Shown here: positions 29,206 to 37,844 of the stretch, one piece after another | How positions within the stretch are numbered: position 1 is the stretch's first letter | Layout of the letters: each line of letters starts with the position of its first letter | Assembly: GCA_029548485.1 (NCBI GenBank) | Contig: JAKPNH010000002.1 | Coordinates: 7,747-71,746 of the forward strand | Origin: a bacterium | GTDB lineage: Bacteria > Patescibacteriota > Minisyncoccia > UBA6257 > Colwellbacteraceae | DNA: 64,000 nucleotides | Direction: 5' to 3' | The notes under the pieces: generated by a model | Told to the model about the DNA's origin: nothing | Seen by the model: only the letters and a program-made list of their open reading frames with translations | Databases searched by the model: none | Made by a program: the position numbers and the translations under genes

Positions 29206-30102
29206 ATGCAAAGGAAAACAATCATCGCCGTTCTCCTTATTGTCGTGATCGCGGCTTTGGCCGCATCGATATTCTTAGAAAGACCGCAAGACCGCCAAGC
29301 GGCGCAAGACGTCGTAGAAACTTTCGGGGAGCGCTTGCGGAACGTTTCTCTGCTCGAGCCGCAAGATATTTTTGTCGAGAGCGTTCAAGAAAACTACGGG
29401 GAGCTGGTTTCGGCTAGATTGATCGGCCGATGGATTAGCGATCCGAAGAACGCGCCGGGCAGGCTGCTTTCGAATCCCTGGCCGCGTCATATCGAAATAA
29501 CTTCGATCAAAAAGTCTTTGATCAACTCTTACAGAATAAGCGGAGACATCATCGAAGTTGCGGAAGTCGAATTAGGCGAAACCGTTTTGCTTATCAAGCA
29601 ACCGGTGGAGATCACCGTTGGAAAAACGAACAATGGTTGGAAGATCAATGACTTCAAGGCGTCCGCCTATAAAACGGTACTTCCGAGGAACATATCCGGT
29701 AACGTTGCCAGTACTTTCAGCTTTGACTATCCCGCGATTTTGGCCGCCAAATTCATCTATCCAGAAGTATGGCCGCCGACATTGACTTTAAGCGACGAAG
29801 ATTTCTTTTGTATAGAAACCGCCGCCGCGCCCGACATACCGGAGCGCGTCGCGGAAAAAGTGATCGATGCCAGGGCTTATTGCGTCAAGACTTTGGACGA
29901 ATTTGACGACGAATCGATCCACACCACCTATACTTATTCCACTTTTCGGGATAATAGAGTCGCCAATCTTCAGTTTGCCTTGCGGTATCCGCGTTGCGAA
30001 AATTACGATGATCCGGAAAGAACCGAGTGTTCGCGCGAAAGGCTCGGTTTCGATCTGAATGCGATAATCGCCTCGATCATGACGAGTTTGAGGAATCAAT
30101 AG
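29206..30102 (+). CDS. Hypothetical membrane-anchored protein
   Basis: N-terminal TM, APGRLLSNPWP motif, C-terminal Cys pairs. Confidence 0.7.
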   Translation: MQRKTIIAVLLIVVIAALAASIFLERPQDRQAAQDVVETFGERLRNVSLLEPQDIFVESVQENYGELVSARLIGRWISDPKNAPGRLLSNPWPRHIEITSIKKSLINSYRISGDIIEVAEVELGETVLLIKQPVEITVGKTNNGWKINDFKASAYKTVLPRNISGNVASTFSFDYPAILAAKFIYPEVWPPTLTLSDEDFFCIETAAAPDIPERVAEKVIDARAYCVKTLDEFDDESIHTTYTYSTFRDNRVANLQFALRYPRCENYDDPERTECSRERLGFDLNAIIASIMTSLRNQ

Positions 30103-30170
30103 GTTAAGCCTCAAGAAGTTATCCACAAGGGAGGTATTGAAGGATTTCGGGGGCTTAATACTATTTAAAT

Positions 30171-30313
30171 AGCTGATGAAGTTGGCGTTAATCAGCTTAT
30201 ACTTGCAGATCATGGTTCGCCCAGATAAAACTTGAGCCTAAAAAACTTGGGGCTGTAAGCGAAGAATACGACGGTGCCAACAACTAATTTAATTTAGAAC
30301 CGTCGTATTTTTT
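30171..30313 (+). ncRNA. Candidate standalone structured RNA (6S-like)
   Basis: Own promoter TTGAAG-N16-TACTAT, long-range pairings and terminator, no substantial ORF. Confidence 0.5.
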
Positions 30314-30376
30314 GTTTTCTCTTTTTTAAGAGCGATGAAGGCTGACTGCGGAACGCAACCATGCTATAATTTATTT

Positions 30377-31150
30377 ATGAAGAAAAAATATTCAAAAATA
30401 ACGTTTCTCGCCTTGGCGTTTCTGGCGGTCGGTCTGATAGCCTGTTTTTTATATAAAGGGTTCTTGCCCGGAAAAGCCTTGACTCTTGAGAATCACAATA
30501 TTTCCGAGAACAACGATTTTTTCCGCGTCCGGGCGGAATACCCGCAGTTTCCCAGAGCGAGCCGCGATTTCAATGACAAGATCAAAGAGCTCGTCACCGG
30601 GAAAATAGCCGAGTTCAAAAAATCTTCTAACGAATATTGGCAGGCGAGGCGAGAGACCGCTTCGCCCGGAGAAACCGTACCGACCGCTCCGGAAGTGCCT
30701 TTCGATTTTATCGCCCATTGGGAACACGATCGGCTTGACGAGAAATACATCAGCGTCGTTTTGAAGATTTATTATTTCTCTGGCGGTGCCCACGGCAATG
30801 AAGAGATCCATACTTTCAATTACGATCTGAAGAACCGCCGGGAGATCGGCATCATGGATTTTATCGGTTCCGAAGAAAATCTGCGAGCGATCTCCAACCT
30901 GGCCAAAACGCAATTGGCGGCAAGCTTGGAATCAATGGGTTGGAGGAGCACCAGCGACACTTGGTCTATGCTTGACGAAGGCGCGGCTCCGACCTTGGAA
31001 AACTACAAAGACTTCACTTTCAACCAGGATGTTCTGACCGTATATTTCCAGAAATACCAAGTGGCTGCCGGAGCGGCCGGAAGCCAGCAGGCGTTCTTCT
31101 ACAAAGACAATCTCGAAGCGGAGGGAATCAATTTGAATTGGCCGAAATAA
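30377..31150 (+). CDS. DUF3298/DUF4163 (RsiV/PdaC-like) protein
   Basis: N-terminal TM, YFSGGAHGN..TFNYDL, YFQKYQVAAGAAG. Confidence 0.82.
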   Translation: MKKKYSKITFLALAFLAVGLIACFLYKGFLPGKALTLENHNISENNDFFRVRAEYPQFPRASRDFNDKIKELVTGKIAEFKKSSNEYWQARRETASPGETVPTAPEVPFDFIAHWEHDRLDEKYISVVLKIYYFSGGAHGNEEIHTFNYDLKNRREIGIMDFIGSEENLRAISNLAKTQLAASLESMGWRSTSDTWSMLDEGAAPTLENYKDFTFNQDVLTVYFQKYQVAAGAAGSQQAFFYKDNLEAEGINLNWPK

Positions 31151-31187
31151 ATCATCTGGCACAAAGGTCGAAACTACCATCATTCAT

Positions 31188-31421
31188 ATGAGTCTTTCCA
31201 ATCTCGGATTATTCATGATCCTCGTTGCCTGGCTGTGGCAGTTCGTGTCTTTCACGAAAGGCCAGCAGAGGATGCAGTTGGGATTTTTGCTTTTGTACGC
31301 TATCGGCGTATTGATGCTTATCTGGAACAACTTGATGACCGGATCGCTCAGCGTGAGCGACTGGCAGGAATTGGCCGTCATCGTCTTGGTTGTTGTTCTG
31401 ATGTTCAAGCTTAAAAAATAA
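31188..31421 (+). CDS. Small membrane protein (3 TM)
   Basis: 77 aa hydrophobic ORF with upstream AAAGGTCG motif and downstream terminator hairpin at 31432-31459. Confidence 0.65.
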   Translation: MSLSNLGLFMILVAWLWQFVSFTKGQQRMQLGFLLLYAIGVLMLIWNNLMTGSLSVSDWQELAVIVLVVVLMFKLKK

Positions 31422-31470
31422 CATTAACCTAAAGCAGCCGGCTCGGCCGGCTGCTTCTTTATCAGATACA

Positions 31471-31911
31471 ATGGATCAATTCATGGAGGCCGCCGTCGAA
31501 GAAGCGATTCGAGGGCTTGGCGAAAGGGGAATCCCCATCGGATCGGTTCTCGTGAAAGACGGCAAGATCATCGGCCGAGGGCACAATCGCCGCGTTCAGA
31601 AAGGGTCGTCCATCCTTCACGCGGAAATGGACTGCCTCGAATCCGCCGGACGGCTGAAACCCGAAGATTACGCGAAAAGCGTTCTCTACTCGACTCTTTC
31701 TCCTTGCGACATGTGCGCGGGAGCGGTCCTCCTTTACAAGATCCCCAAAGTCGTCATCGGCGAGAACGAGAACTTCAAAGGGCCGGAGGAATACCTGCGT
31801 TCCCGCGGAGTCGAGGTGACGAATCTTCGCCTCGAAGAATGCAAAAGAATGATGCGGGATTTCATAGACAAGAATCCCGAGTTGTGGAACGAAGACATTA
31901 GCGAAGAATAA
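31471..31911 (+). CDS. Nucleoside/cytosine deaminase (zinc-dependent)
   Basis: PIGSVLV, HAE, TLSPCDMC, W.EDI. Confidence 0.9.
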   Translation: MDQFMEAAVEEAIRGLGERGIPIGSVLVKDGKIIGRGHNRRVQKGSSILHAEMDCLESAGRLKPEDYAKSVLYSTLSPCDMCAGAVLLYKIPKVVIGENENFKGPEEYLRSRGVEVTNLRLEECKRMMRDFIDKNPELWNEDISEE

Positions 31912-31924
31912 TCGTCTATAAAAA

Positions 31925-32125
31925 ATGAACAAAAAACAATCGAAGATAATTTTGATCGTCTTGGCCGTGGTTCTCGTTGTCGCCGCGGTTTTCGTCTATT
32001 ATTCCTGCCGCCGGAAAAACGAAGCGGTTTTCTGCACCTTGGATGCCAAACTTTGTCCGGACGGCAGCTATGTCGGCCGGGTGGCGCCGGATTGCGAATT
32101 CGCGGCTTGCCCCGGAGAAGAATAG
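31925..32125 (+). CDS. Small membrane-anchored protein with CTxDAKxCPDGSxVGR..CEFAxCP motif
   Basis: TM anchor plus a single 4-Cys module. Confidence 0.75.
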   Translation: MNKKQSKIILIVLAVVLVVAAVFVYYSCRRKNEAVFCTLDAKLCPDGSYVGRVAPDCEFAACPGEE

Positions 32126-32182
32126 ATCCGCTCTTTACCACGACGAGGAGCTGTTTGAAGAGAAAAATGATATAATGGAAAC

Positions 32183-32398
32183 ATGAATAACTTAATGATT
32201 ATCCAGTTTGCCGTTCTTACCGTCGGAACGATTTTCGCCTGGAGCAATTTTTTCAAGGAATTCATTGCTTGGCGCAATAAAAAGATGTGCACGGACGGCT
32301 GCGGCGGAGGAGTCAACCCTTTCAAAACTCCTTGTTTCTACGGAGCTTTGTTTTTCGCCACCGCTCTGGTTTTACACTATTTGATCACCCAAGGTTAA
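32183..32398 (+). CDS. Small 2-TM protein with Cys loop
   Basis: TM-CTDGC..NPF.TPCFYG-TM; TATAAT just upstream. Confidence 0.6.
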   Translation: MNNLMIIQFAVLTVGTIFAWSNFFKEFIAWRNKKMCTDGCGGGVNPFKTPCFYGALFFATALVLHYLITQG

Positions 32399-32428
32399 TC
32401 GTCTGACAGATATCTCTTTTGAGAATCT

Positions 32429-32689
32429 TTGAAGGAAAGTTTTCGATCAAAAGTTTTTGAAATCGTCAAAGCCATCCCGCAAGGAGAAACTTTAAGCTAC
32501 AAGCGGGTGGCGGAACTCGCCGGCAGGCCGAAAGCTTTTCGGGCGGTCGGTAATATCCTGCATCGTAATTATGACCCTTCGATCCCTTGCCACCGGGTGA
32601 TAAGAAGCGACGGGACTCCCGGAGGATACAACCGGGGATCTGCGGCCAAAATAAGAAAACTGCGCGAAGAGAAAGACGATCAATTTTGA
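32429..32689 (+). CDS. MGMT/Ogt family methylated-DNA--protein-cysteine methyltransferase
   Basis: IP.GETLSY..VA, RAVG, IPCHRVI. Confidence 0.9.
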   Translation: MKESFRSKVFEIVKAIPQGETLSYKRVAELAGRPKAFRAVGNILHRNYDPSIPCHRVIRSDGTPGGYNRGSAAKIRKLREEKDDQF

Positions 32690-33231
32690 TTGCTGAATTC
32701 GCAGCCGCAGTATTTTTGGCGGTAGAATCCGGCTTCGCGGCTGATTTCCGATGCCTTTTTCCAAGAATCTTTTTTGTCCGGACAGATTTCGGCAAAAGCG
32801 ATGAATTCCGTCTCGGTTTCTTCGGCGATCGTTTTGCCCAGTTGATCGATGTAATGTTCGTTTTTATGAAGGCTGGCGCTCAAGGTGGTGGTAAAAAATC
32901 GGATATTCAGGCGTTTGGCCTCGGCCGCGGTTCTCCCGAGCCGTAAGGCGAAGCAAACCGGACATCTTTTGCCTCCTTCGGGCTCTTTTTCTAGTCCGGA
33001 GACGGCCTCGTACCAGGCCGCTGGATCGTATCGGTCTTCGATAAACTCCGCTTCATTCTCCAAAGCGAGCTTTTTGGCCGCTTCAAGGCGTTTCCGATAT
33101 TCCTCTTCCGGATGGATGTTGGAATTGGAATAAAAGACGATCGGCTCGAATCGTTCGCGGAGGATCTTGAGCATCAAAGCTCCGCAAACGGCGCAGCAAA
33201 CATGGAGCAGGATTTTTGGTTTGGGGACCAT
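32680..33231 (-). CDS. queH: Epoxyqueuosine reductase QueH
   Basis: LLHVCCAVC, NIHP.EEY..R, EPEGGKRCPVCF..RL, YRQKYCGC. Confidence 0.9.
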   Translation of the reverse strand: MVPKPKILLHVCCAVCGALMLKILRERFEPIVFYSNSNIHPEEEYRKRLEAAKKLALENEAEFIEDRYDPAAWYEAVSGLEKEPEGGKRCPVCFALRLGRTAAEAKRLNIRFFTTTLSASLHKNEHYIDQLGKTIAEETETEFIAFAEICPDKKDSWKKASEISREAGFYRQKYCGCEFSNQN

Positions 33232-33283
33232 GTTATTAACGCTTACTCTATTCTTTATGATAAGATTAAGCAATTATCCATCG

Positions 33284-34075
33284 ATGGATTTTCGGCAAAC
33301 GCGATTTTTAAGTGTAGTTTCTGTTTTTATGATGGCGGCGACCGCCTTTTTTTTGGTTTCGGAGAACAACCGACAGGCTTCGAAAATCAAATTCAATCTT
33401 TCCGGATTCAAGGAAACGATTCCGCCGGAAATGGTTCTCTCCGAAGAAAAAACAGCGGTCGCCATGCCTTTGGCCGTTCCCCAATATATACAAAGATACA
33501 GGGCTTCTTGCGAAGTGGCGGCCGCTCGGGCGGCCCTGCTTTATTTCGGGGTTTCGTTTTCGGAAGACGATATGATCGAAGAGATCGGCTGGGAGATCAC
33601 CCCTCGATATTACGATAAAAACGGAGATCTGGTTTGGGGGAATCCGCAGTCGAAGTACGTGGGATATTACGATCCCGAAAGGATTTATATCGACGGCTAC
33701 GGAGTCTACAATCAGCCGATTTACGGATTTCTTTCCGAACACGGATTCGGAAAAAGCGTTTCCAAAACAAACTGGAGCATAGACGAGCTCATTTCCTACG
33801 TTCGCCAGGGCTATCCGGCGATCGCCTGGGTCTCCGGGGATTTCAAGAAAAAAGCCGTGGGCGTGATGGTTGGCCTGGACGGCGTTAAAAACCCGTGGAT
33901 TTTCTCGGAACACGCCGTGGTGGTGAGGGGATTCGACGAAAAAAGAGTTTACCTCATGGATCCGGCTCCGGGAGCGGGCTATCGCCAGGTTACCTGGAAA
34001 GAGTTCGAAGACGGATTCGGCAACTTGAACAATATGGCGATCGCGATCATTCCCGGAGAAATGGCGGAATTGTAG
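33284..34075 (+). CDS. C39-like cysteine peptidase, membrane-anchored
   Basis: Q..RASCE.AA, EHAVVVRGFD, DP catalytic motifs. Confidence 0.82.
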   Translation: MDFRQTRFLSVVSVFMMAATAFFLVSENNRQASKIKFNLSGFKETIPPEMVLSEEKTAVAMPLAVPQYIQRYRASCEVAAARAALLYFGVSFSEDDMIEEIGWEITPRYYDKNGDLVWGNPQSKYVGYYDPERIYIDGYGVYNQPIYGFLSEHGFGKSVSKTNWSIDELISYVRQGYPAIAWVSGDFKKKAVGVMVGLDGVKNPWIFSEHAVVVRGFDEKRVYLMDPAPGAGYRQVTWKEFEDGFGNLNNMAIAIIPGEMAEL

Positions 34076-34162
34076 TCTTTTTTATCCACAATACCTTTGT
34101 TGCAAATCCGGTTTCAGGGCGTAAACTGAAAGTCCAAAGTCCTTTGAAAATCTCGAAAGGAG

Positions 34163-34762
34163 ATGAGTTCCGTGGGTCTCGATGCTTTGTGCGAGGGCGC
34201 TGTCAATCATTATTTCTGGTGCGCCGGGTGCAAGGAGAAGCATGCGTTTGCGGCAATCCGTTTTACGGGGTCTCGCGCCGAGTTCGTTTTTAGCTTCCCC
34301 TCCGGCAGCCGTGAAGGCGATTTGTTCGCGATCGAGCCATACGATGCGAAGAAACACGAAAGCTTGCGGGTTGGTTTTACCCCTCTTCAAATCTATCCGG
34401 GAGACGCGTTGCCGGCCCGTTTGCTTCGTAACGACCTGACCGGATTGGCCGGAGGAGTTATCTATCTTTGCCCCGACTGCGTCGCCAAAGGAAGCCTGTC
34501 AAAACTGGAAGAGGAATTCATAGAACAAGCGAGATCTCTTCTTATGAAGGAGATCTGCATGTTAGTCTGGATCGGTGTTTTAACGCCCATGGGTATTCCG
34601 AAGTCTTTGAGGCTTTCCAAGAAACAAAAGCGGCTTCGGATCGAGAGCATCAAGGCGGTCATCGATAATTTCCGGGCCATCAAGCCGACAGACGCCCCTT
34701 ATGACCCTAAGTTCATACCCATTTTAGAGAAGTGTCTCAAGCTCTTGGAGCACATTTCTTGA
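34163..34762 (+). CDS. Hypothetical protein with two CxxC motifs
   Basis: CAGC and CPDC; AAAGGAG upstream (true start may be GTG 34172). Confidence 0.55.
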   Translation: MSSVGLDALCEGAVNHYFWCAGCKEKHAFAAIRFTGSRAEFVFSFPSGSREGDLFAIEPYDAKKHESLRVGFTPLQIYPGDALPARLLRNDLTGLAGGVIYLCPDCVAKGSLSKLEEEFIEQARSLLMKEICMLVWIGVLTPMGIPKSLRLSKKQKRLRIESIKAVIDNFRAIKPTDAPYDPKFIPILEKCLKLLEHIS

Positions 34763-34842
34763 AAACGGTTATAACGAGCGGCCGAGCAATCTCGGCCGTT
34801 TTTGTTCTTGTCCCCGAGCTTGCCAGAAACTATAATGAGCTT

Positions 34843-35844
34843 ATGGCGAAAAAAGTGATTCTGACCGGAGACAGGCCGACCGGAAAGCTGCACCTGGGGC
34901 ACTATATCGGTTCTTTGACGAACCGTTTAAAACTTCAAGACGAAGCCGAAGAATACGTGATGATCGCCGATGCCCAGGCCTTGACCGATAACGCCGATAA
35001 TCCGGAAAAAGTCAGGCAGAATGTCTTGGAATTGATGCTCGATTATCTGGCGATCGGACTCGACCCGGAGAAAACCGTTTTCTTCGTCCAATCGGCTTTG
35101 CCCGAGCTTCCGGAACTCACGGTTTATTTTTTGAACCTGGTCACCTTGGCCAGGCTCCAGCGGAACCCGACGGTCAAAAACGAGATGAAGCAAAAAGGAT
35201 ACGGCGCGAACGTTCCGGCCGGTTTTCTGACTTATCCGATAAGCCAGGCGGCCGACATCTTGGCCTTCAAGGCCGATCTGGTCCCGGTCGGGGAAGACCA
35301 GCTGCCGATGATCGAACAGGCGAACGAGATCGCCGACACTTTCAACAGATTCTACGGGCCGGTATTCAAACGCGCCAAGGCTTTGGTTTCTTCGACCGGC
35401 CGGCTTCCGGGGATCGACGGCAAAGCGAAAATGTCGAAGTCCCTCGGGAACGCCATTTATCTTTCCGATGCGGAGAAAACCATCAAAGAACAGGTGATGA
35501 AGATGTACACCGATCCGCGGCATATCCACGTCGAAGACAAAGGGAAAGTCGAGGGCAACGTCGTTTTTACCTATCTTGACGCTTTCGATCCGGACAAGTC
35601 AGCTGTCGGGGCCCTGAAGAGACAATACCGGAAAGGCGGATTGGGAGACGTGGAGATAAAAAAGCGGCTGATCGAGGTTTTGGAAAGCCTGATAAGCCCG
35701 ATCAGGCAAAAAAGGGAGAAGCTGGCCAAAGATCCAGAGAGAGTGATGTCTATTTTGGAAAAAGGCACCAAAAAAGCCGGGGAAACGACCAGGAAGACCC
35801 TGGCCGAGGCCAAAAAGGCGATGAAAATAGACTATTTCCGATAA
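34843..35844 (+). CDS. trpS: Tryptophan--tRNA ligase
   Basis: TGDRPTGKLHLGH, YPISQAADI, VPVGEDQ, KMSKS. Confidence 0.97.
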   Translation: MAKKVILTGDRPTGKLHLGHYIGSLTNRLKLQDEAEEYVMIADAQALTDNADNPEKVRQNVLELMLDYLAIGLDPEKTVFFVQSALPELPELTVYFLNLVTLARLQRNPTVKNEMKQKGYGANVPAGFLTYPISQAADILAFKADLVPVGEDQLPMIEQANEIADTFNRFYGPVFKRAKALVSSTGRLPGIDGKAKMSKSLGNAIYLSDAEKTIKEQVMKMYTDPRHIHVEDKGKVEGNVVFTYLDAFDPDKSAVGALKRQYRKGGLGDVEIKKRLIEVLESLISPIRQKREKLAKDPERVMSILEKGTKKAGETTRKTLAEAKKAMKIDYFR

Positions 35845-35907
35845 GCCGGCCGCCTGTTTATTCCGGCGTGCTATAATGCGGGAAAGGTCGTCAACGTCAA
35901 TTTCGAC

Positions 35908-36024
35908 ATGTGCCAGACTTGCGGATGTTCTCCCTGCAAAAAGTGCGGCAGGGAAATAAAAAACGGCGTCTGCAGCGGTTGCGGCAAGAGATCTGACGAA
36001 TGCGAATGTAAGAGGGAGGGATAA
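35908..36024 (+). CDS. 38-aa Cys-rich microprotein (metallothionein/zinc-binding-like), not in ORF track
   Basis: MCQTCGCSPCKKCGREIKNGVCSGCGKRSDECECKREG; TGcTATAAT promoter at 35869 and terminator at 36047-36076. Confidence 0.75.
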   Translation: MCQTCGCSPCKKCGREIKNGVCSGCGKRSDECECKREG

Positions 36025-36113
36025 GGTTGTTTTCAGATAGCTGCTTTCCATCCCGCGGTTAAGCCGCGGGATTTTTGTTTCCCGAAGATTTTCGTGTTAT
36101 GACTTATGGCGAA

Positions 36114-37250
36114 ATGATCGATTTTCGAGTCTTGAAAGAGTCTCCGAAAAGTCGAGCCAGGCTCGGCTTTTTGAAAACGCCGCACGGCGAAATCGAGACC
36201 CCGGCCCTGGTCGGAGTGGCCACCCAGGCGACGGTGAAAACCCTGACTTCCGAAGAAGCGAATGAGGCGAAGCTGAAGCTTCTGATTTGCAATACTTATC
36301 ATCTTCATCTCCGGCCGGGAGAGAAAATCGTTAAAGCGAATGGCGGACTTCACGAGTTCATGAACTGGAATTCCGGCCTGATGACCGATTCCGGCGGTTT
36401 CCAGGTGTTCAGCCTCGGGTTCGGACGGGATTTCGGATTGAGCAAGGTTTCGAAATCCGCTTCGAAAGAAACGCTCGAAGAGGGCAGTCAGCCGAGGAAT
36501 TTGAAAATTACCGGTGACGGCGTATTTTTCAAATCCCATCTCGACGGACGAGAAATATTCTTGGGGCCGAAAGAATCGATCAAGATCCAGGAAGACCTGG
36601 GAGCCGACATCATTCTCGCTTTCGACGAATGCCCTCCGCCCATCGCCGGCCGCGAATACGTCTTAAAGTCCCTGGAGCGCACTCATCGCTGGGCCAAGGA
36701 ATGCCTGCGCGCCAAAAAATCCCAACAAGCCCTTTACGGAATCGTTCAGGGAGGCCGGTTCAAGGATCTGCGGTCGGAATCAGCGCGATTCATCGATTCT
36801 CTGGGGTTCGACGGCTACGCCATCGGCGGAGAATTCGGAAGCGATAAGTCGTCCATGATGAAAATGCTCGAAACGGTGAACGCCGAACTCGACGCTTCGA
36901 GGCCGAGGCATCTTTTGGGAATCGGATACCTCGAAGACATTCCGAAGATCGTCAAATCCGGCGTGGATACTTTCGACTGCACCGCGCCGACGCATTACGG
37001 CCGCCGGGGCATCGCTTTCGTCTCTTCGGGAAAATTGGATCTGAATAAGGCGGCGTTTTTGAAAGACCGAAAACCACTTGACCGGACTTGCGGTTGTCCG
37101 GTCTGCGGAGCCTATTCCCGAAGCTATATCAGCCATTTGATCCGCGCCAAAGAAATTTCCGGCTTGAAGCTTCTCACTGTGCATAACCTGTTTTTCTTCA
37201 ATACTTATATCGAGAAAATAAGGCAGGATATCAAAAAAGGAAGGCTTTGA
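36114..37250 (+). CDS. tgt: tRNA-guanine transglycosylase
   Basis: TPHG.IETP, NTYHL.LRPG, TDSGGFQVFSL, GIVQGG, GVDTFDC, C.C..C zinc site. Confidence 0.95.
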   Translation: MIDFRVLKESPKSRARLGFLKTPHGEIETPALVGVATQATVKTLTSEEANEAKLKLLICNTYHLHLRPGEKIVKANGGLHEFMNWNSGLMTDSGGFQVFSLGFGRDFGLSKVSKSASKETLEEGSQPRNLKITGDGVFFKSHLDGREIFLGPKESIKIQEDLGADIILAFDECPPPIAGREYVLKSLERTHRWAKECLRAKKSQQALYGIVQGGRFKDLRSESARFIDSLGFDGYAIGGEFGSDKSSMMKMLETVNAELDASRPRHLLGIGYLEDIPKIVKSGVDTFDCTAPTHYGRRGIAFVSSGKLDLNKAAFLKDRKPLDRTCGCPVCGAYSRSYISHLIRAKEISGLKLLTVHNLFFFNTYIEKIRQDIKKGRL

Positions 37251-37283
37251 TCGATACGGCCGAACGCTTATAATGAGAACGCT

Positions 37284-37844
37284 ATGGGCTTGATCATGAT
37301 TTTGGGTCCGATGAAAAGCGGCAAATCATTCGAGATGATCAGTCGCTTTATTCATCTGAAATACACAGCCCTTCCTTATGGTCTCTTCCAGTCGTCGAGA
37401 AACGTCCGCAATGAAAATGTTTGGTCCCGGAACGGTCTGTCTCTGGAGGCGATTAAAGTCGACAATCTCGATGCATCTTTAAGGAGAAATTATCGGATTG
37501 TCGGCGTTGACGAAATACATATGTTTGCGGAAGAAGAAGTAAAAACTGTCGAGGAGTTGTTGAATCGGGGCACGGACGTCATTGTTTCCGGATTGGACAG
37601 CGATTATCGCGGTCGGATGTTTCCGATTATCCGCGGGCTTTTGGAACTCGGTCCGACGGAAGTTCATTATAAAAAAGCGGTTTGCGAAATATGCAAAAGT
37701 CCGGATGCGATTTACACGCAAATTTTCAGCGGTGAACAACCGGTTGTCGAAGGACTGCCTCCGGTGGTGCCCGATGACGGGGGATATGTTTACAAATCGG
37801 TCTGCCGTAAATGTTTTGTGCGAAAACTCGATCGGATTAGATGA
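37284..37844 (+). CDS. tdk: Thymidine kinase
   Basis: GPMKSGKS, VDEIH, GLDSDYRG, CxxC...CRKC. Confidence 0.9.
   Translation: MGLIMILGPMKSGKSFEMISRFIHLKYTALPYGLFQSSRNVRNENVWSRNGLSLEAIKVDNLDASLRRNYRIVGVDEIHMFAEEEVKTVEELLNRGTDVIVSGLDSDYRGRMFPIIRGLLELGPTEVHYKKAVCEICKSPDAIYTQIFSGEQPVVEGLPPVVPDDGGYVYKSVCRKCFVRKLDRIR

Noticed and set aside
36025-36113. preQ1 riboswitch upstream of tgt
   Set aside because: The hairpin is better explained as the terminator of the Cys-rich microprotein gene; no preQ1 aptamer signature.
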